From Nitrosopumilales archaeon (GTDB lineage Archaea > Thermoproteota > Nitrososphaeria > Nitrososphaerales > Nitrososphaeraceae): a DNA stretch of 64,000 nucleotides. Below are positions 9,683-19,753 of this stretch, in pieces. Where the stretch lies: positions 1 through 64,000 of the forward strand of contig JBIQJB010000010.1 of the NCBI GenBank assembly GCA_044507735.1, read 5' to 3'. Below the pieces are notes generated by a model. It saw nothing but the letters and a program-made list of their open reading frames with translations, was not told the DNA's origin and searched no databases. Every line of letters begins with the position of its first letter. The stretch's first letter is position 1. The position numbers were made by a program, and so were the translations under genes.

Positions 9683-12376
9683 ATGCAACAGCAGCAACAG
9701 CAGCAGGATTTTGTGCCCGAAAGGAGGAAGAGGCTTGACGACCTGCCAGAGATGCCAGAGGGAAGACCGATGCTGCTGCTCTCCGCAGTATATTCAGGCG
9801 AAGAGAAAAAGGTCTACCTAAAGTTCTATGATCCAAGAGATAGTGTCATTTATCACTGGCGTGACAGAACCGACCACAAACCGTACTGCTATACAAAGAT
9901 GGAGTTTGCCGACTTGGCAGAACAGGTTGCGCAGAAGGAGACCAAGTATACGATCGAGCGCGTCAAAAAGCGCGACATCATTGCAGATAAGGAAATAGAA
10001 GTGCTCAAGGTTCTGGCGCCAGACCCGCTATCGATAGGTGGCAGCGACCATAGCTTCCGCGAAAAAGTCACCTCTTGGGAGGCGGATATCAAATACCATG
10101 AAAACTATCTCTACGACCGCTCGCTGATCCCAGGGACGTACTATGTGAGAAAGGGCGAACAGATCAATTATTTTGAATACCCTATTTCTGAGAAGGTGTC
10201 GGTCGCCCTGAAGAACCTTTTGTGGGACAAGATAAAGGAGACTGGCGAGTCTGGCAAGGAATACAGGCAGTACATCACCAACTGGGCGAACCTGCTCAAC
10301 CAGCCCATACCGGAGCTAAAGAGGGTGGCGGTGGACATTGAAGTCGAAACTGAAGAAGGCAGGATGCCAAACCCCCGCGACCATGATAGGCGGGTGACTG
10401 CGGTCGGCTTTGCGGCGAGTGACGGCTTCAAGAAGGTGCTGGTTCTTGCAAGCAACATGCCAAGCACAGGCGAGCCGCTGATTCCAGAAGCAGAGCTTTG
10501 CCAGACAGAAAAAGAGCTGCTGGAAAAGACATTCCGGATAATCAGTGAATACCCAATAGTGCTTACTTTCAACGGCGACGACTTTGACCTTCCATACCTT
10601 TATGCGCGCTCACAGGATCCGCGGATCGATCCAGCAAATGGGGTCGCAATACCAAAGGAAAAAGTGCCAATCATGGTCAAGAAAGAGTCGTTTATCAAGC
10701 GCGGAATGCAGGCGGAACCTGTCGGAATAAGGCACGGCATCCACATCGACCTCTACAGGACTTTTGACAATCGCTCTATCCAGATCTATGCTTACAATCG
10801 AATCTATGCCGAAAAGACGCTGAACGCGATCTCTGAAGCTCTGCTTGGCGAATCAAAATTAGAATTTGAAGGAGACATCAGCGACCTCCCAATCCAGACG
10901 CTTGCCAAATACTGTCTTCAAGATGCGAGTCTGACATTCAGGCTGACAAGCAATGACGATAACCTGCTCATGAAGCTGCTAGTCGTGATTGCAAGGATTG
11001 GGCGGCTATCGGTTGACGATATCGCCCGCTTTGGCGTCAACCAGTGGATTCGCGGGATATTGTATTACGAACACAGACAAAGGAATGAGCTGATACCAAG
11101 CAGAAGGGAGCTTGAGGCCAAAGGCACTGCCTCGACCACAGCGGTGATAAAAGAAAAAAAGTACCGCGGCGGCGAAGTGGTCGAGCCAACACCGGGTATC
11201 CACTTTAACGTCGTCGTACTGGACTTTGCGAGCCTGTATCCCAGCATAATCAAGGTCCACAACTTGTCGTACGAAACAATCAACTGCCCGCATAAAGAGT
11301 GCCAAGAGACATCAAAGATTGAAGGGACGACCCACTGGGTCTGCAAGCAAAGGAAGGGTCTGACATCTCTCCTCATCGGGTCTCTGCGCGACCTGAGAGT
11401 CAATTATTACAAGCAATTGTCAAAGGACAAGAATCTTCCCGTGCAGGAAAGGCAGCTTTACAACGTCGTAAGCCAAGCTATCAAGGTCATTCTAAACGCG
11501 AGCTATGGTGTCATGGGTGCCGACATATTCCCGCTCTATTGCCTACCTGTTGCCGACGCAATTGCTGCTATAGGCAGAAGCACCATCCACAGGGCCATCA
11601 ACAAGTGCAAGGAACTAGGAATTGAAGTGGTGTATTCTGACACCGACTCGCTGTTCTTGAAAAATCCTTCTCCAACTGCCATCGAGGAAGTGGCTTCGTG
11701 GGCCAGGAACACCCTTGGAGTCGACCTTGAGGTTGACAAGGAATACAGGTACGTGGTATTTAGTGATCTGAAGAAAAACTACCTCGGAGTCAAGCCAGAC
11801 GGTACTGTCGACGTGAAGGGACTGACAGGCAAGAAATCGCACACCCCTCCATTTATCAGAAATGCATTCTACGAAATCCTGAACATCCTCGGCAAGGTAA
11901 ACTCTGAAAAGGACTTTGAATCGGCCAAGAACAACATCAAAAACATCGTGCAGGAAAATGCCAAGAACCTGGAGAATCACAAGATTCCGCTTCAGGACCT
12001 GAGCTTTAACGTCACGATTAACAAGTCATTGAGCACGTACGGGAAAAAGACGGCAGGAGCAAAGACAGTCGATGGCAAGAGCGCCGAAACCTACAAAGGA
12101 CTTCCCCAGCACATCAAGGCAGCCAAGATGCTTGTTGAATCTGACAGGGGGCGTGAGATAAGGGCAGGAGATGTTATTTCCTACGTCAAGATAAAGAACG
12201 GCGAAGGAGTCAAGCCTGTGGAGCTTGCAAGGCCTGACGAGATCGACACCGAAAAATATCTCGAGACGATGGAGGCTACTCTTGATCAGGTGCTCTCTGT
12301 CCTGAACTTTGACTTCAAGTCGGTGCTTGGCAAGCCCCGCCAGCAGAGCCTTGACGAGCTTTTCTGGAAGAAGTGA
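9683..12376 (+). CDS. polB: Family B DNA polymerase (PolB1)
   Basis: Exonuclease motifs DIEVE, FNGDDFDLPY, YCLQD; polymerase motifs DFASLYPSII, KVILNASYG, YSDTDS, KKNY; no intein seen. Confidence 0.96.
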   Translation: MQQQQQQQDFVPERRKRLDDLPEMPEGRPMLLLSAVYSGEEKKVYLKFYDPRDSVIYHWRDRTDHKPYCYTKMEFADLAEQVAQKETKYTIERVKKRDIIADKEIEVLKVLAPDPLSIGGSDHSFREKVTSWEADIKYHENYLYDRSLIPGTYYVRKGEQINYFEYPISEKVSVALKNLLWDKIKETGESGKEYRQYITNWANLLNQPIPELKRVAVDIEVETEEGRMPNPRDHDRRVTAVGFAASDGFKKVLVLASNMPSTGEPLIPEAELCQTEKELLEKTFRIISEYPIVLTFNGDDFDLPYLYARSQDPRIDPANGVAIPKEKVPIMVKKESFIKRGMQAEPVGIRHGIHIDLYRTFDNRSIQIYAYNRIYAEKTLNAISEALLGESKLEFEGDISDLPIQTLAKYCLQDASLTFRLTSNDDNLLMKLLVVIARIGRLSVDDIARFGVNQWIRGILYYEHRQRNELIPSRRELEAKGTASTTAVIKEKKYRGGEVVEPTPGIHFNVVVLDFASLYPSIIKVHNLSYETINCPHKECQETSKIEGTTHWVCKQRKGLTSLLIGSLRDLRVNYYKQLSKDKNLPVQERQLYNVVSQAIKVILNASYGVMGADIFPLYCLPVADAIAAIGRSTIHRAINKCKELGIEVVYSDTDSLFLKNPSPTAIEEVASWARNTLGVDLEVDKEYRYVVFSDLKKNYLGVKPDGTVDVKGLTGKKSHTPPFIRNAFYEILNILGKVNSEKDFESAKNNIKNIVQENAKNLENHKIPLQDLSFNVTINKSLSTYGKKTAGAKTVDGKSAETYKGLPQHIKAAKMLVESDRGREIRAGDVISYVKIKNGEGVKPVELARPDEIDTEKYLETMEATLDQVLSVLNFDFKSVLGKPRQQSLDELFWKK

Positions 12377-12573
12377 CCTGCCGCGTGTTTTCGCTACTCT
12401 GGCATCGAGCCAGATATCTTGATTAGGTCGTTCACAACACTGGACACGTGCATTACAGCCTCGCCTTCCGGATTTTGGGTGTGCTGCAGGTCTTTGTAGA
12501 GTTTTAGCCGGTCGTCACGCCGCACAATGGCTTGGTCGGCTTGCTTGAAAAAGTGAAGCGTCATTCCTGTGAC

Positions 12574-14049
12574 CTATTTCAGCGCAAGCAGGGCAGATGG
12601 CCGCGCCCAGACAGGAATCACTTTCAGAATCCTTGGCGCCTCCCTGTTTATCAGGCTGATTGAATGCCGGGTGGCTTTTAGTATCAGCTCCTGTCTAAGA
12701 GGTGTATACTCGGGGGCCCATTTCGCTGCGTTCTTGAGCATGGCTCTGAGCGGCATGAGTGGGAAGACCCAGACAAACACGTTGTGGTGCTTTATCCTGT
12801 CGATAAACTCGATACTCCTTATTACGTCATTTTCGGTCTCTTTTGGAAGGCCAGTCATCATTGAGGCCACCGTGAACCAGTGGTTGTCATCAAGTATTCC
12901 CAATGCGTCATCAATAACATCCGGCCACTGTTCGATCGAATATGGCTTGACCTTGCCGGGCATGATGTTCTGTACCAGCCGCGGGCTAACGGTCTCAAGA
13001 CCAGTCTCGACATATCCAGGATTCTTTCTATCTAGACCCATTATTTCAGAAATTGCCTTGACAGTCTTGGGTGCGGACTTGACGGTCGAGCATGCAAAAA
13101 AGTCGGTCGCCACCTGCTTGACTCCGGGGAACTTTTTGACAGAGGTAAAGAGGTCGACTACAGCGTCGTGGTTCACTTCGAAATTGCCCGGCTTGCGACC
13201 ATAAAATAGTGCATCTTCAGAGTGAAGCTCTATCCGGCTGAGCCCATGCCTGACTTGAATCTCCACTTCCTTCAGGATGTTCTCCTTGGGTATACTTCCA
13301 AAGAACAAGAGATCAGGGGTGCAAAATTGGCAGCCGCGGCCGCAGCCACGGGTGATTTCCACAATGCCGCCGGTTGAAGGACCCTTGATCAGCGGAACCT
13401 TGTCTGAGCGCATTGGCCTGCTTGACGAAGCACGCTCGGGCAGAGGCTCTCCTTTCAGCACACTTTCAAAGAGAGGACCCACTATCGACTCTGCTTCTCC
13501 AGATACTAGGCAGTCGATCCCCCATTCCCTGAACATTTCAGGATGTTCTTCGAGCTGCCAGATCCCAGGTCCCCCAATTATCAGCTTTGAATTGTATTTC
13601 TTTAGGAGCGGATTCCTGATAATCTCATCAAAGACCGCTGCCGTGTAGGAAGGCGCTGGCCACCAGCCGATCAGCCGGAAGAGGCACGCATTCAGCTGAG
13701 AAACCGCAGAATACCCCATTGGATCGTGTACCGTCAACCCGACTATCCGCGTATCAGGGCCTATCGCCCTGTCCAATTTTCGCGGGTCAGCAATGATCAC
13801 TTCATCTTCAGTAAATCCGTATTCCAAAAGGGCTGCTTCGATTTTGCGGAGCGGATATGGCGCGAATTTCAGCCGGCCCTCATCGTCGCTACGAGTTGGA
13901 AAGAAGACGCTTTCCACAATCTCTCTGCCGCACGGCATCTTGGGATAGTTTGATGGGATGCATCCAAGGAAGCCTATCCAACTAGAGTGCCTAAAATCGC
14001 TAACCGCCGTCTTGCTGCCAGAAAGAACAATCTTGTACCCGGCTGGCAA
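12574..14049 (-). CDS. B12-binding-domain-type radical SAM protein (possibly truncated by an in-frame TAG)
   Basis: EITRGCGRGCQFC (CxxxCxxC), APYPLRKIEAAL and IIGGPG motifs; the frame stays open for 59 codons past the TAG, to 12394. Confidence 0.85.
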   Translation of the reverse strand: MPAGYKIVLSGSKTAVSDFRHSSWIGFLGCIPSNYPKMPCGREIVESVFFPTRSDDEGRLKFAPYPLRKIEAALLEYGFTEDEVIIADPRKLDRAIGPDTRIVGLTVHDPMGYSAVSQLNACLFRLIGWWPAPSYTAAVFDEIIRNPLLKKYNSKLIIGGPGIWQLEEHPEMFREWGIDCLVSGEAESIVGPLFESVLKGEPLPERASSSRPMRSDKVPLIKGPSTGGIVEITRGCGRGCQFCTPDLLFFGSIPKENILKEVEIQVRHGLSRIELHSEDALFYGRKPGNFEVNHDAVVDLFTSVKKFPGVKQVATDFFACSTVKSAPKTVKAISEIMGLDRKNPGYVETGLETVSPRLVQNIMPGKVKPYSIEQWPDVIDDALGILDDNHWFTVASMMTGLPKETENDVIRSIEFIDRIKHHNVFVWVFPLMPLRAMLKNAAKWAPEYTPLRQELILKATRHSISLINREAPRILKVIPVWARPSALLALK

Positions 14050-14373
14050 CCTGCCTACACTATGGTCTGAAGAATTTTATGAGATTTGCCTGTAAATCCA
14101 GCAGATGTTTCCCTCGCTAGATTGTTTGCATCATGTTAGTTGTTATCCGTCGGCGGGCTGCTGTTGATTTGTCGTTCTGGTAGCATAGCAGGCGATAACC
14201 ATCCTGTTAACTGTCGCGTGGCATGGTAGCGATTGCGCTATCTTGTCGTCAGATAGCACATTTTCAAGAGTATGCTAGTTAGCTGGGCGGGGATGGGCAA
14301 ATGTGCGGATTGTGACAGTAATTGGTGCAAATCTTAAAGAATCCTTATAACTTTTGGCTCCACTCCTATCTTG

Positions 14374-14610
14374 ATGCCCACATTCCTCGACTCACACAAG
14401 ATGGGAAACATGGAAGAAGAGGCGATAAGACAAGCGCAGAACGCACCAAAGGACGAGTTTGGTATTACTCACAAGAACATTCTCTACAATAAGGAAGAGG
14501 ACAGATGTTACTGTCTTCTTGACGCGCCCAGCAAGGATGCGGTACAGCAGCATCATCAAAAGCTGGGAATGAATTGCGACTGGATAGTTGAAGTTAAATC
14601 CACGGCGTAG
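14374..14610 (+). CDS. DUF4242 / SCO4226-like small metal-binding protein
   Basis: MPTFLDSH...CYCLLDAPSKDAVQQHH...CDWIVEV pattern; TATA-like TTATAA about 25 nt upstream. Confidence 0.8.
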   Translation: MPTFLDSHKMGNMEEEAIRQAQNAPKDEFGITHKNILYNKEEDRCYCLLDAPSKDAVQQHHQKLGMNCDWIVEVKSTA

Positions 14611-14736
14611 TTTGTTCCTCTCCTCTCCCTCTTTTTTGATCGATTCTCGAATCTGCCGGCTGTCTATCTCTCGCGCTGTCCAGAGCCTCTATTATGATAG
14701 TTTATTATATCCGCTCCCTTTTGGAGACTTGCTAGT

Positions 14737-15675
14737 TTGGACGACGCGATCCTGCCGCTGTTTACGGTGCCAGAGAAGACCAAGGCCGGCTACAGCTTTG
14801 CTGACACACCCGTAAGAATTTCTCTCAAAGAGTCAAATGTCGTGGTCTATGGCGTGCCGCTTGATGCCACTACGAGCTTTGGCAAGGGAACTTCAAGAGG
14901 GCCAGAGGCAATCAGGCTCGCATCTGCCCACCAGATAGAGACCTTTGTGCTGGACGAAAAGGCAGACATTTACGACATGGTAGGCATATTTGACCTTGGC
15001 GACCTGAAGCTGCCAAGGGCAAAGAACAGCATTTCCAAGACGCTTGCAATTTTGGATTCTGCCGTCCCAAGAATCGTCGGTTCGCTGCGCAGTGAAAACA
15101 AGATCCCCGTCATGCTCGGCGGGGAACACACTTTGTCATACTATCAGCTAAAGGCTCTTGCAAATGAAAATCCTGTCGTGATACACTTTGATGCCCACCG
15201 CGACATGAAGCCCGAGTACGAGGGCTTGAAGATGTGTCATACCACTCCCTTTTACCACCTGCTTGAACACATCCCCGGCAAGAACCTGATCCAGATCGGC
15301 ATCCGGCAGACCGATAGGGAGGAAAATGAAACGGCGATCAAGAACGGCGTGACAACGTTTGACGCGTGGAAGGTGCACGACGACATTGATTCAGTTGCCG
15401 ATCACCTGCAAAAGGCCACAGCCGGCAAAAAGATCTACATCTCATTTGACATTGATGCCTACGATCTGTCCTACGTGCCATGCACTGGAACTCCTGAGCC
15501 ATTCGGCCTGGACCCATTCCAAGTGCTAAAGCTGGTCAAGGCGATCAGCCCGTCGGCCCGCCTGATCGGAATGGATATGGTCGAAGTCGGGCTCCGAAAC
15601 GACGATTATCGCGAAGGCGCGCTCGCCACCCAGACGCTGTACAGGATACTGTCCCGTAGATACGCTAGACCATGA
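14737..15675 (+). CDS. speB: Agmatinase / arginase-family ureohydrolase
   Basis: GPEAIR, GGEHT, FDAHRD, SFDID, GTPEPFG motifs. Confidence 0.85.
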   Translation: MDDAILPLFTVPEKTKAGYSFADTPVRISLKESNVVVYGVPLDATTSFGKGTSRGPEAIRLASAHQIETFVLDEKADIYDMVGIFDLGDLKLPRAKNSISKTLAILDSAVPRIVGSLRSENKIPVMLGGEHTLSYYQLKALANENPVVIHFDAHRDMKPEYEGLKMCHTTPFYHLLEHIPGKNLIQIGIRQTDREENETAIKNGVTTFDAWKVHDDIDSVADHLQKATAGKKIYISFDIDAYDLSYVPCTGTPEPFGLDPFQVLKLVKAISPSARLIGMDMVEVGLRNDDYREGALATQTLYRILSRRYARP

Positions 15676-17557
15676 TCTGCGGCCTTGTCGACAGGTGTGC
15701 CGGCAGGTTCAGTGGAAGATAGGGCTTGTCCTTTGTCTGGGCCCTTACTTCAGATATCAGGTCCTGCAAAGTGATCTCGCGCTGCTTGCCCTCGTTCCTA
15801 TCTCGCACTATTAGCTTGGAAGAATTCATTTCCTTATCTCCAATGACTACAGTGTAGCGTATCCACTCCGTCTCTGACTCCCGGATCTTTCTGCCCACGG
15901 TTTCGTCACGGTCGTCAATGTCTGCCCTGATCTGGTTAGCAGACAGCTCTGCAAGGATCTTCTCGCAGTATTCGGTGTGCTCCTTGCCAACAGGAATGAC
16001 CCTGACCTGCGTGTGCGACAGCCACAGGGGTAATGACGGAGTGCCTCCGGTCCGGGATATCTTGGCGGACTTTTCCAGCAATGCATAGATTACACGCTCA
16101 ACTGCACCAGAGGGCGAGTTGTGAAGTATTATCGGGTTCTTCTTGCTGCCGTCCTCTTCTACGAACTCGATGTTGTAACGCCTGCCATTTTCCACATCGA
16201 TCTGGTCAGTCGAGAGCGCAGATGCCTTGCCAAGACCATCGACATAGTTGAACTCCCACTTTAGCGTAAAGTAGAAGAATCTCTCCTTCCACATCTCGAC
16301 TATCACGGGCCTGCCAAACCTATTGATAAGATCGGTTATGAACTCCTTGTTCTCGTTGTAAAAGTCCTCGGTGAACCTGATCGCCATCTCGACATCTTCA
16401 GTCGACAATCCAAGCGCTTGCAGGACGCTTATCGAAAGCTCAAAGCGCTTGCGGAACTCTTGCTTTGCCTGATCCATGTCTCTGCACAGCGCGTGGCAGT
16501 CAGGCATCGTGAACGCGCGGAGGCGCCTGAGACCCACAAGCTCTCCGCTCTTTTCTCGCCTGAACGAGTAGCGAGTCAATTCGTACAGTTTTACCGGCAG
16601 GTGCTTGTATGAGATGTTAAAGTCCTTTGCCATGAGGAACTGGCCAAAGCACGCTGCAAAGCGCAGGAACAGCTGCTTGTTGTCAGACAGTATGTTGTAC
16701 TGTCTTGCAGGGAACCTGTTAAAGTAGCTCTCCATGGACGGGTGCTTTGTGTCGTACATTATCGGAGTCTCTACCTCCGTGCCTCCGTATTCCATCACTC
16801 TTCTTGTCACATACTGTTCAATGAGCGACTTCATCAGCCTGCCCTTTGGGTAGTAGCGCATGTTTCCTGCATCTGAAGCCGGCTCGTAGTCAGCTATCGC
16901 CAGCTTTTTCATCAGTCGCACGTGCGCCGGCTGCTCATTGACGGCCCTGTTTTTTGCCATTTCATAGTTTGCCAGCACCTGCAGGTTCTGATCCTGTTTC
17001 TTGAATTTGTACTCGTTCACCGGCGTCATCTGGCCGCCGGGCTGCATTATGTACCAGAATGACTGGAGCTTTTCCTCGGCCTTGAGAGCGGACGATTCTT
17101 TCTCTCCGCCGTGTGTGTGTCCTGCGTGCTCGTGCTCCACCTCTTTGCTTATTTCCTTGGCGTTTTCTGCGAGAGGGTGGCCCTTTACCTTTATGTTGAA
17201 CGACTTTGTCCAGCCAAAGGGCGCGCGGTACACGTCGCCGACCGATGATTCCCTTGCAATGCTTTCGACTGCCTTTATCAGTTCGACTGCTACGGATGGT
17301 GGCGCGAGGTCTGAACTGAGGTGGGCATAAGGATAAACCAAGAGTTTGCTGCTCTTGACGGTGTCCAGATACTTTTTGATCTCGCCGACCGCCGCTCTGG
17401 CGACGCTTTCGTCGTCGCCGCTTTCAACTGCAATAAACGCCACCACAAGATCTTCGAGCCTCACTTTTGACTTGGACTCGATTTCTTCTGCATCTCTGAT
17501 CTCCTTTTCAATGGGCTCGTATTCGATAAAATCAGAATGGAGCTGCAGCATTCGCAT
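15665..17557 (-). CDS. thrS: Threonyl-tRNA synthetase (archaeal type)
   Basis: Archaeal editing domain (MRMLQLHSD, YPYAHLS, APFGW, KGHPLAE), LRFAACFGQF, FRREKSGEL, anticodon-binding domain. Confidence 0.96.
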   Translation of the reverse strand: MRMLQLHSDFIEYEPIEKEIRDAEEIESKSKVRLEDLVVAFIAVESGDDESVARAAVGEIKKYLDTVKSSKLLVYPYAHLSSDLAPPSVAVELIKAVESIARESSVGDVYRAPFGWTKSFNIKVKGHPLAENAKEISKEVEHEHAGHTHGGEKESSALKAEEKLQSFWYIMQPGGQMTPVNEYKFKKQDQNLQVLANYEMAKNRAVNEQPAHVRLMKKLAIADYEPASDAGNMRYYPKGRLMKSLIEQYVTRRVMEYGGTEVETPIMYDTKHPSMESYFNRFPARQYNILSDNKQLFLRFAACFGQFLMAKDFNISYKHLPVKLYELTRYSFRREKSGELVGLRRLRAFTMPDCHALCRDMDQAKQEFRKRFELSISVLQALGLSTEDVEMAIRFTEDFYNENKEFITDLINRFGRPVIVEMWKERFFYFTLKWEFNYVDGLGKASALSTDQIDVENGRRYNIEFVEEDGSKKNPIILHNSPSGAVERVIYALLEKSAKISRTGGTPSLPLWLSHTQVRVIPVGKEHTEYCEKILAELSANQIRADIDDRDETVGRKIRESETEWIRYTVVIGDKEMNSSKLIVRDRNEGKQREITLQDLISEVRAQTKDKPYLPLNLPAHLSTRPQIMV

Positions 17558-17603
17558 ATATAATATCCTCTATATCCTATCCCAATCACGTATCTCATCT
17601 AAT

Positions 17604-17810
17604 TTAAGCCCATCTGGCCCTTTCGTTTTCCCTGTCTTCCTTGGTGAGCTTTTTCCATTCCTTGTAGTGATCCCTGCAAAGGTAAACGCGTTTGCTCCCC
17701 CCAACACCCAGGTCTGGAGCCATGCTGGCCTTGGTCCCGCTCATCGAGCGTTCGGCCTGGTTTGCGCACCCGTCCACGCTGCAGCTGACACCCTTGTCAA
17801 CCTTGCCCAT
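17604..17810 (-). CDS. Small conserved zinc-finger protein
   Basis: MGKVDKGVSCSVDGC...YLCRDHYKEWKK (C-x4-C...C-x2-H). Confidence 0.75.
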   Translation of the reverse strand: MGKVDKGVSCSVDGCANQAERSMSGTKASMAPDLGVGGSKRVYLCRDHYKEWKKLTKEDRENERARWA

Positions 17811-17898
17811 TCTGGAATGACGTTTCATTCATAGCTATAAAAAGCTGACTGGGTTAGTTAGCTTAATACCCTGGCTCGTTCAGAGAAATTATCGACGG

Positions 17899-18087
17899 TT
17901 GCCATATAGCGATCAATTATGCAACAAGTGCCTCCACCTTCAGGAGCTTCACTCTGAAGTTGTGTCGAGAATCCCAGATGGTCCCGAGATAAGGCGCTGT
18001 ACCGTAGGGATATGTTCCTGCTTGCTGACAGCATCAGAGCAAAAAGCCAGCAGCAACCAAAAGAGGGCTGCAGCACAGACTCCCTAA
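17899..18087 (+). CDS. Small Cys/His-rich hypothetical protein
   Basis: CNKCLH...H...CTVGICSC motif; TATA-like CTTAATA about 30 nt upstream. Confidence 0.5.
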   Translation: MPYSDQLCNKCLHLQELHSEVVSRIPDGPEIRRCTVGICSCLLTASEQKASSNQKRAAAQTP

Positions 18088-18140
18088 TTGGAAAGAAAAT
18101 TTATAATGAACGTTTCAGTCGGTTAATGCCAGAGACACAT

Positions 18141-18227
18141 ATGTCAGAGGACGACGATTTCGAGGAAGAGTTTGACGAAGAGGAAGAGGACGAGTTCGGG
18201 GACGAGGACGAAGTAGACGACGAATAG
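18141..18227 (+). CDS. 28-aa highly acidic micropeptide
   Basis: MSEDDDFEEEFDEEEEDEFGDEDEVDDE; purine-rich BRE-like run and TTATAA at about 18090-18106. Confidence 0.5.
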   Translation: MSEDDDFEEEFDEEEEDEFGDEDEVDDE

Positions 18228-18232
18228 AGCAT

Positions 18233-18517
18233 CTAGATCTTCAGGCCAAAGCCCTCGGCAAAGTCTTTGAACTCGCTGTAGGCCTTCAAGAATTTGATCC
18301 CTTTTTCACTTATCCTGTATCTTGAAGAATCTTCTTCCAGCAAGCCCGACTGCGTAAGAGTCGATACAATGGAGCTTAGCCTCTGGTGCGGCACGTTGGC
18401 CTTGCGTATCAAATGAGTGACCGTCGCGCCGTTGTCGTACCCCTCAAAGCTATACTGCCTTACGGTGGACAGAATGTCCGCAATTATGCTGACGTGAGTC
18501 CTATAGCCCCCTGCCAA
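18233..18517 (-). CDS. Winged-helix transcriptional regulator
   Basis: YRT..IIADIL...THLIRKANVPHQRL..L...GLL...YRISEKG pattern of archaeal wHTH regulators. Confidence 0.85.
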   Translation of the reverse strand: MAGGYRTHVSIIADILSTVRQYSFEGYDNGATVTHLIRKANVPHQRLSSIVSTLTQSGLLEEDSSRYRISEKGIKFLKAYSEFKDFAEGFGLKI

Positions 18518-19148
18518 TCTGAGAATTCATCCTCCCCAAGCCGCTTGTTAGCCCAAACTTTGAGAACGGGACGAACATGAGACCGAACCCGGCAAGCTTG
18601 GTCGCCAGCGCAGCCACGTAAAACGACTCAGGATAGATAAAGTTGTACCAGGACATGAGTTCTGCGCCCGCAAGCAGACCAAGACCGGAACCTATCATTA
18701 AGGTACTGGTTTTCCTGCTCTGCATGTATGATGCCATTGTTTCGATGGACACATATACTAGTAGAATAAAAGAAATTGACCTTACAAGATGTTCTATTGA
18801 ATTGCCCGGTATGACGAAGCCAGTGACCGCAAGGGGGAACAGCATAAAGTACTTTGGAGGAGCAAAGTCAAAGCTCTTGAGGCTGTGGGAGAACGCTATG
18901 AAAAAGTAGCCAAGAGCCTGTGCTGCAAGCCCAGCAGTTGTTACAGCCTGCGAATATTCCCCTGCAAAGAGCCCGCCCGCAATAAGCGCAAAGCCGATGG
19001 CTATGGAGATAAAGGCAAAAGTGAGCCGGAGCAGGTTTGGGCTGGCTATCGCAGTGTAGCCCGAGTAGGCGAATCTGCCAATAAACGCCGAGATTCCAAG
19101 CCCGAGCAGGTTCATTGGAAGCTCGAATAGGAGAACTGCTTCCACCAA
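18501..19148 (-). CDS. Multi-pass (about 7 TM) membrane protein
   Basis: About seven hydrophobic segments; overlaps the start of the downstream wHTH gene. Confidence 0.75.
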   Translation of the reverse strand: MVEAVLLFELPMNLLGLGISAFIGRFAYSGYTAIASPNLLRLTFAFISIAIGFALIAGGLFAGEYSQAVTTAGLAAQALGYFFIAFSHSLKSFDFAPPKYFMLFPLAVTGFVIPGNSIEHLVRSISFILLVYVSIETMASYMQSRKTSTLMIGSGLGLLAGAELMSWYNFIYPESFYVAALATKLAGFGLMFVPFSKFGLTSGLGRMNSQIGRGL

Positions 19149-19372
19149 CGGGATTGTGGAGTTTTTCCAATTTTTAACTCTATTTGTGCTAATTGTCTAG
19201 GTTCTCCGGCCTTACCTCAGGAGATCCTGTGGATCTTCTGCCGGCATTATCGACGCATGATTTTGGCAATTTGTGTCGGAAGAGAACCTGATTCACGGTC
19301 CTGCTCAATTTCGACCTCACTATAGATGGGCCACAGATAGGTGATATTACTGCAACATCGGCAGGTACGCAC

Positions 19373-19543
19373 TCACTTGTAGTCACTCAGGACATCCCTA
19401 TAGCGCGCGTCCTTGTAGGCGATGTACTTGACGTATTCGCCATATGTCATGTCAAAATCACAGTTTGAACACTTGACAAAGGTAAAATCGTCCGCCAATT
19501 CTGCAATGCCTCTGCAGTCGGGACAGTGAACCTTCACATGCAA
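19373..19543 (-). CDS. Small zinc-ribbon protein (not in ORF track)
   Basis: Hand translation gives (M)HVKVHCPDCRGIAELADDFTFVKCSNCDFDMTYGEYVKYIAYKDARYRDVLSDYK*, with two CxxC pairs; AT-rich TATA-like element at about 19558-19568. Confidence 0.75.
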   Translation of the reverse strand: MHVKVHCPDCRGIAELADDFTFVKCSNCDFDMTYGEYVKYIAYKDARYRDVLSDYK

Positions 19544-19753
19544 ACTTGGCGGTCAAAAGTATAATAAGGTTGTCCAGAGGGGCCTGTTTGAATTTGGCTG
19601 ATTCCACCACTAGGCATCAGACAAAGACCTTGTCATCTTGCAGAGCCTCTATCTATTTCTGAATTAATGTGCATATGCGCACTAATGATTCTGGTTACAG
19701 CTCAACAAATGCTCGAGTCAGGGTTGCTGCCTCTGCGACATTTTCAGCCTCTA

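Noticed and set aside
12574-12576. Pyrrolysine recoding of the amber codon
   Set aside because: No pyl genes or tRNA-Pyl are in the window, and many genes here end normally in TAG.
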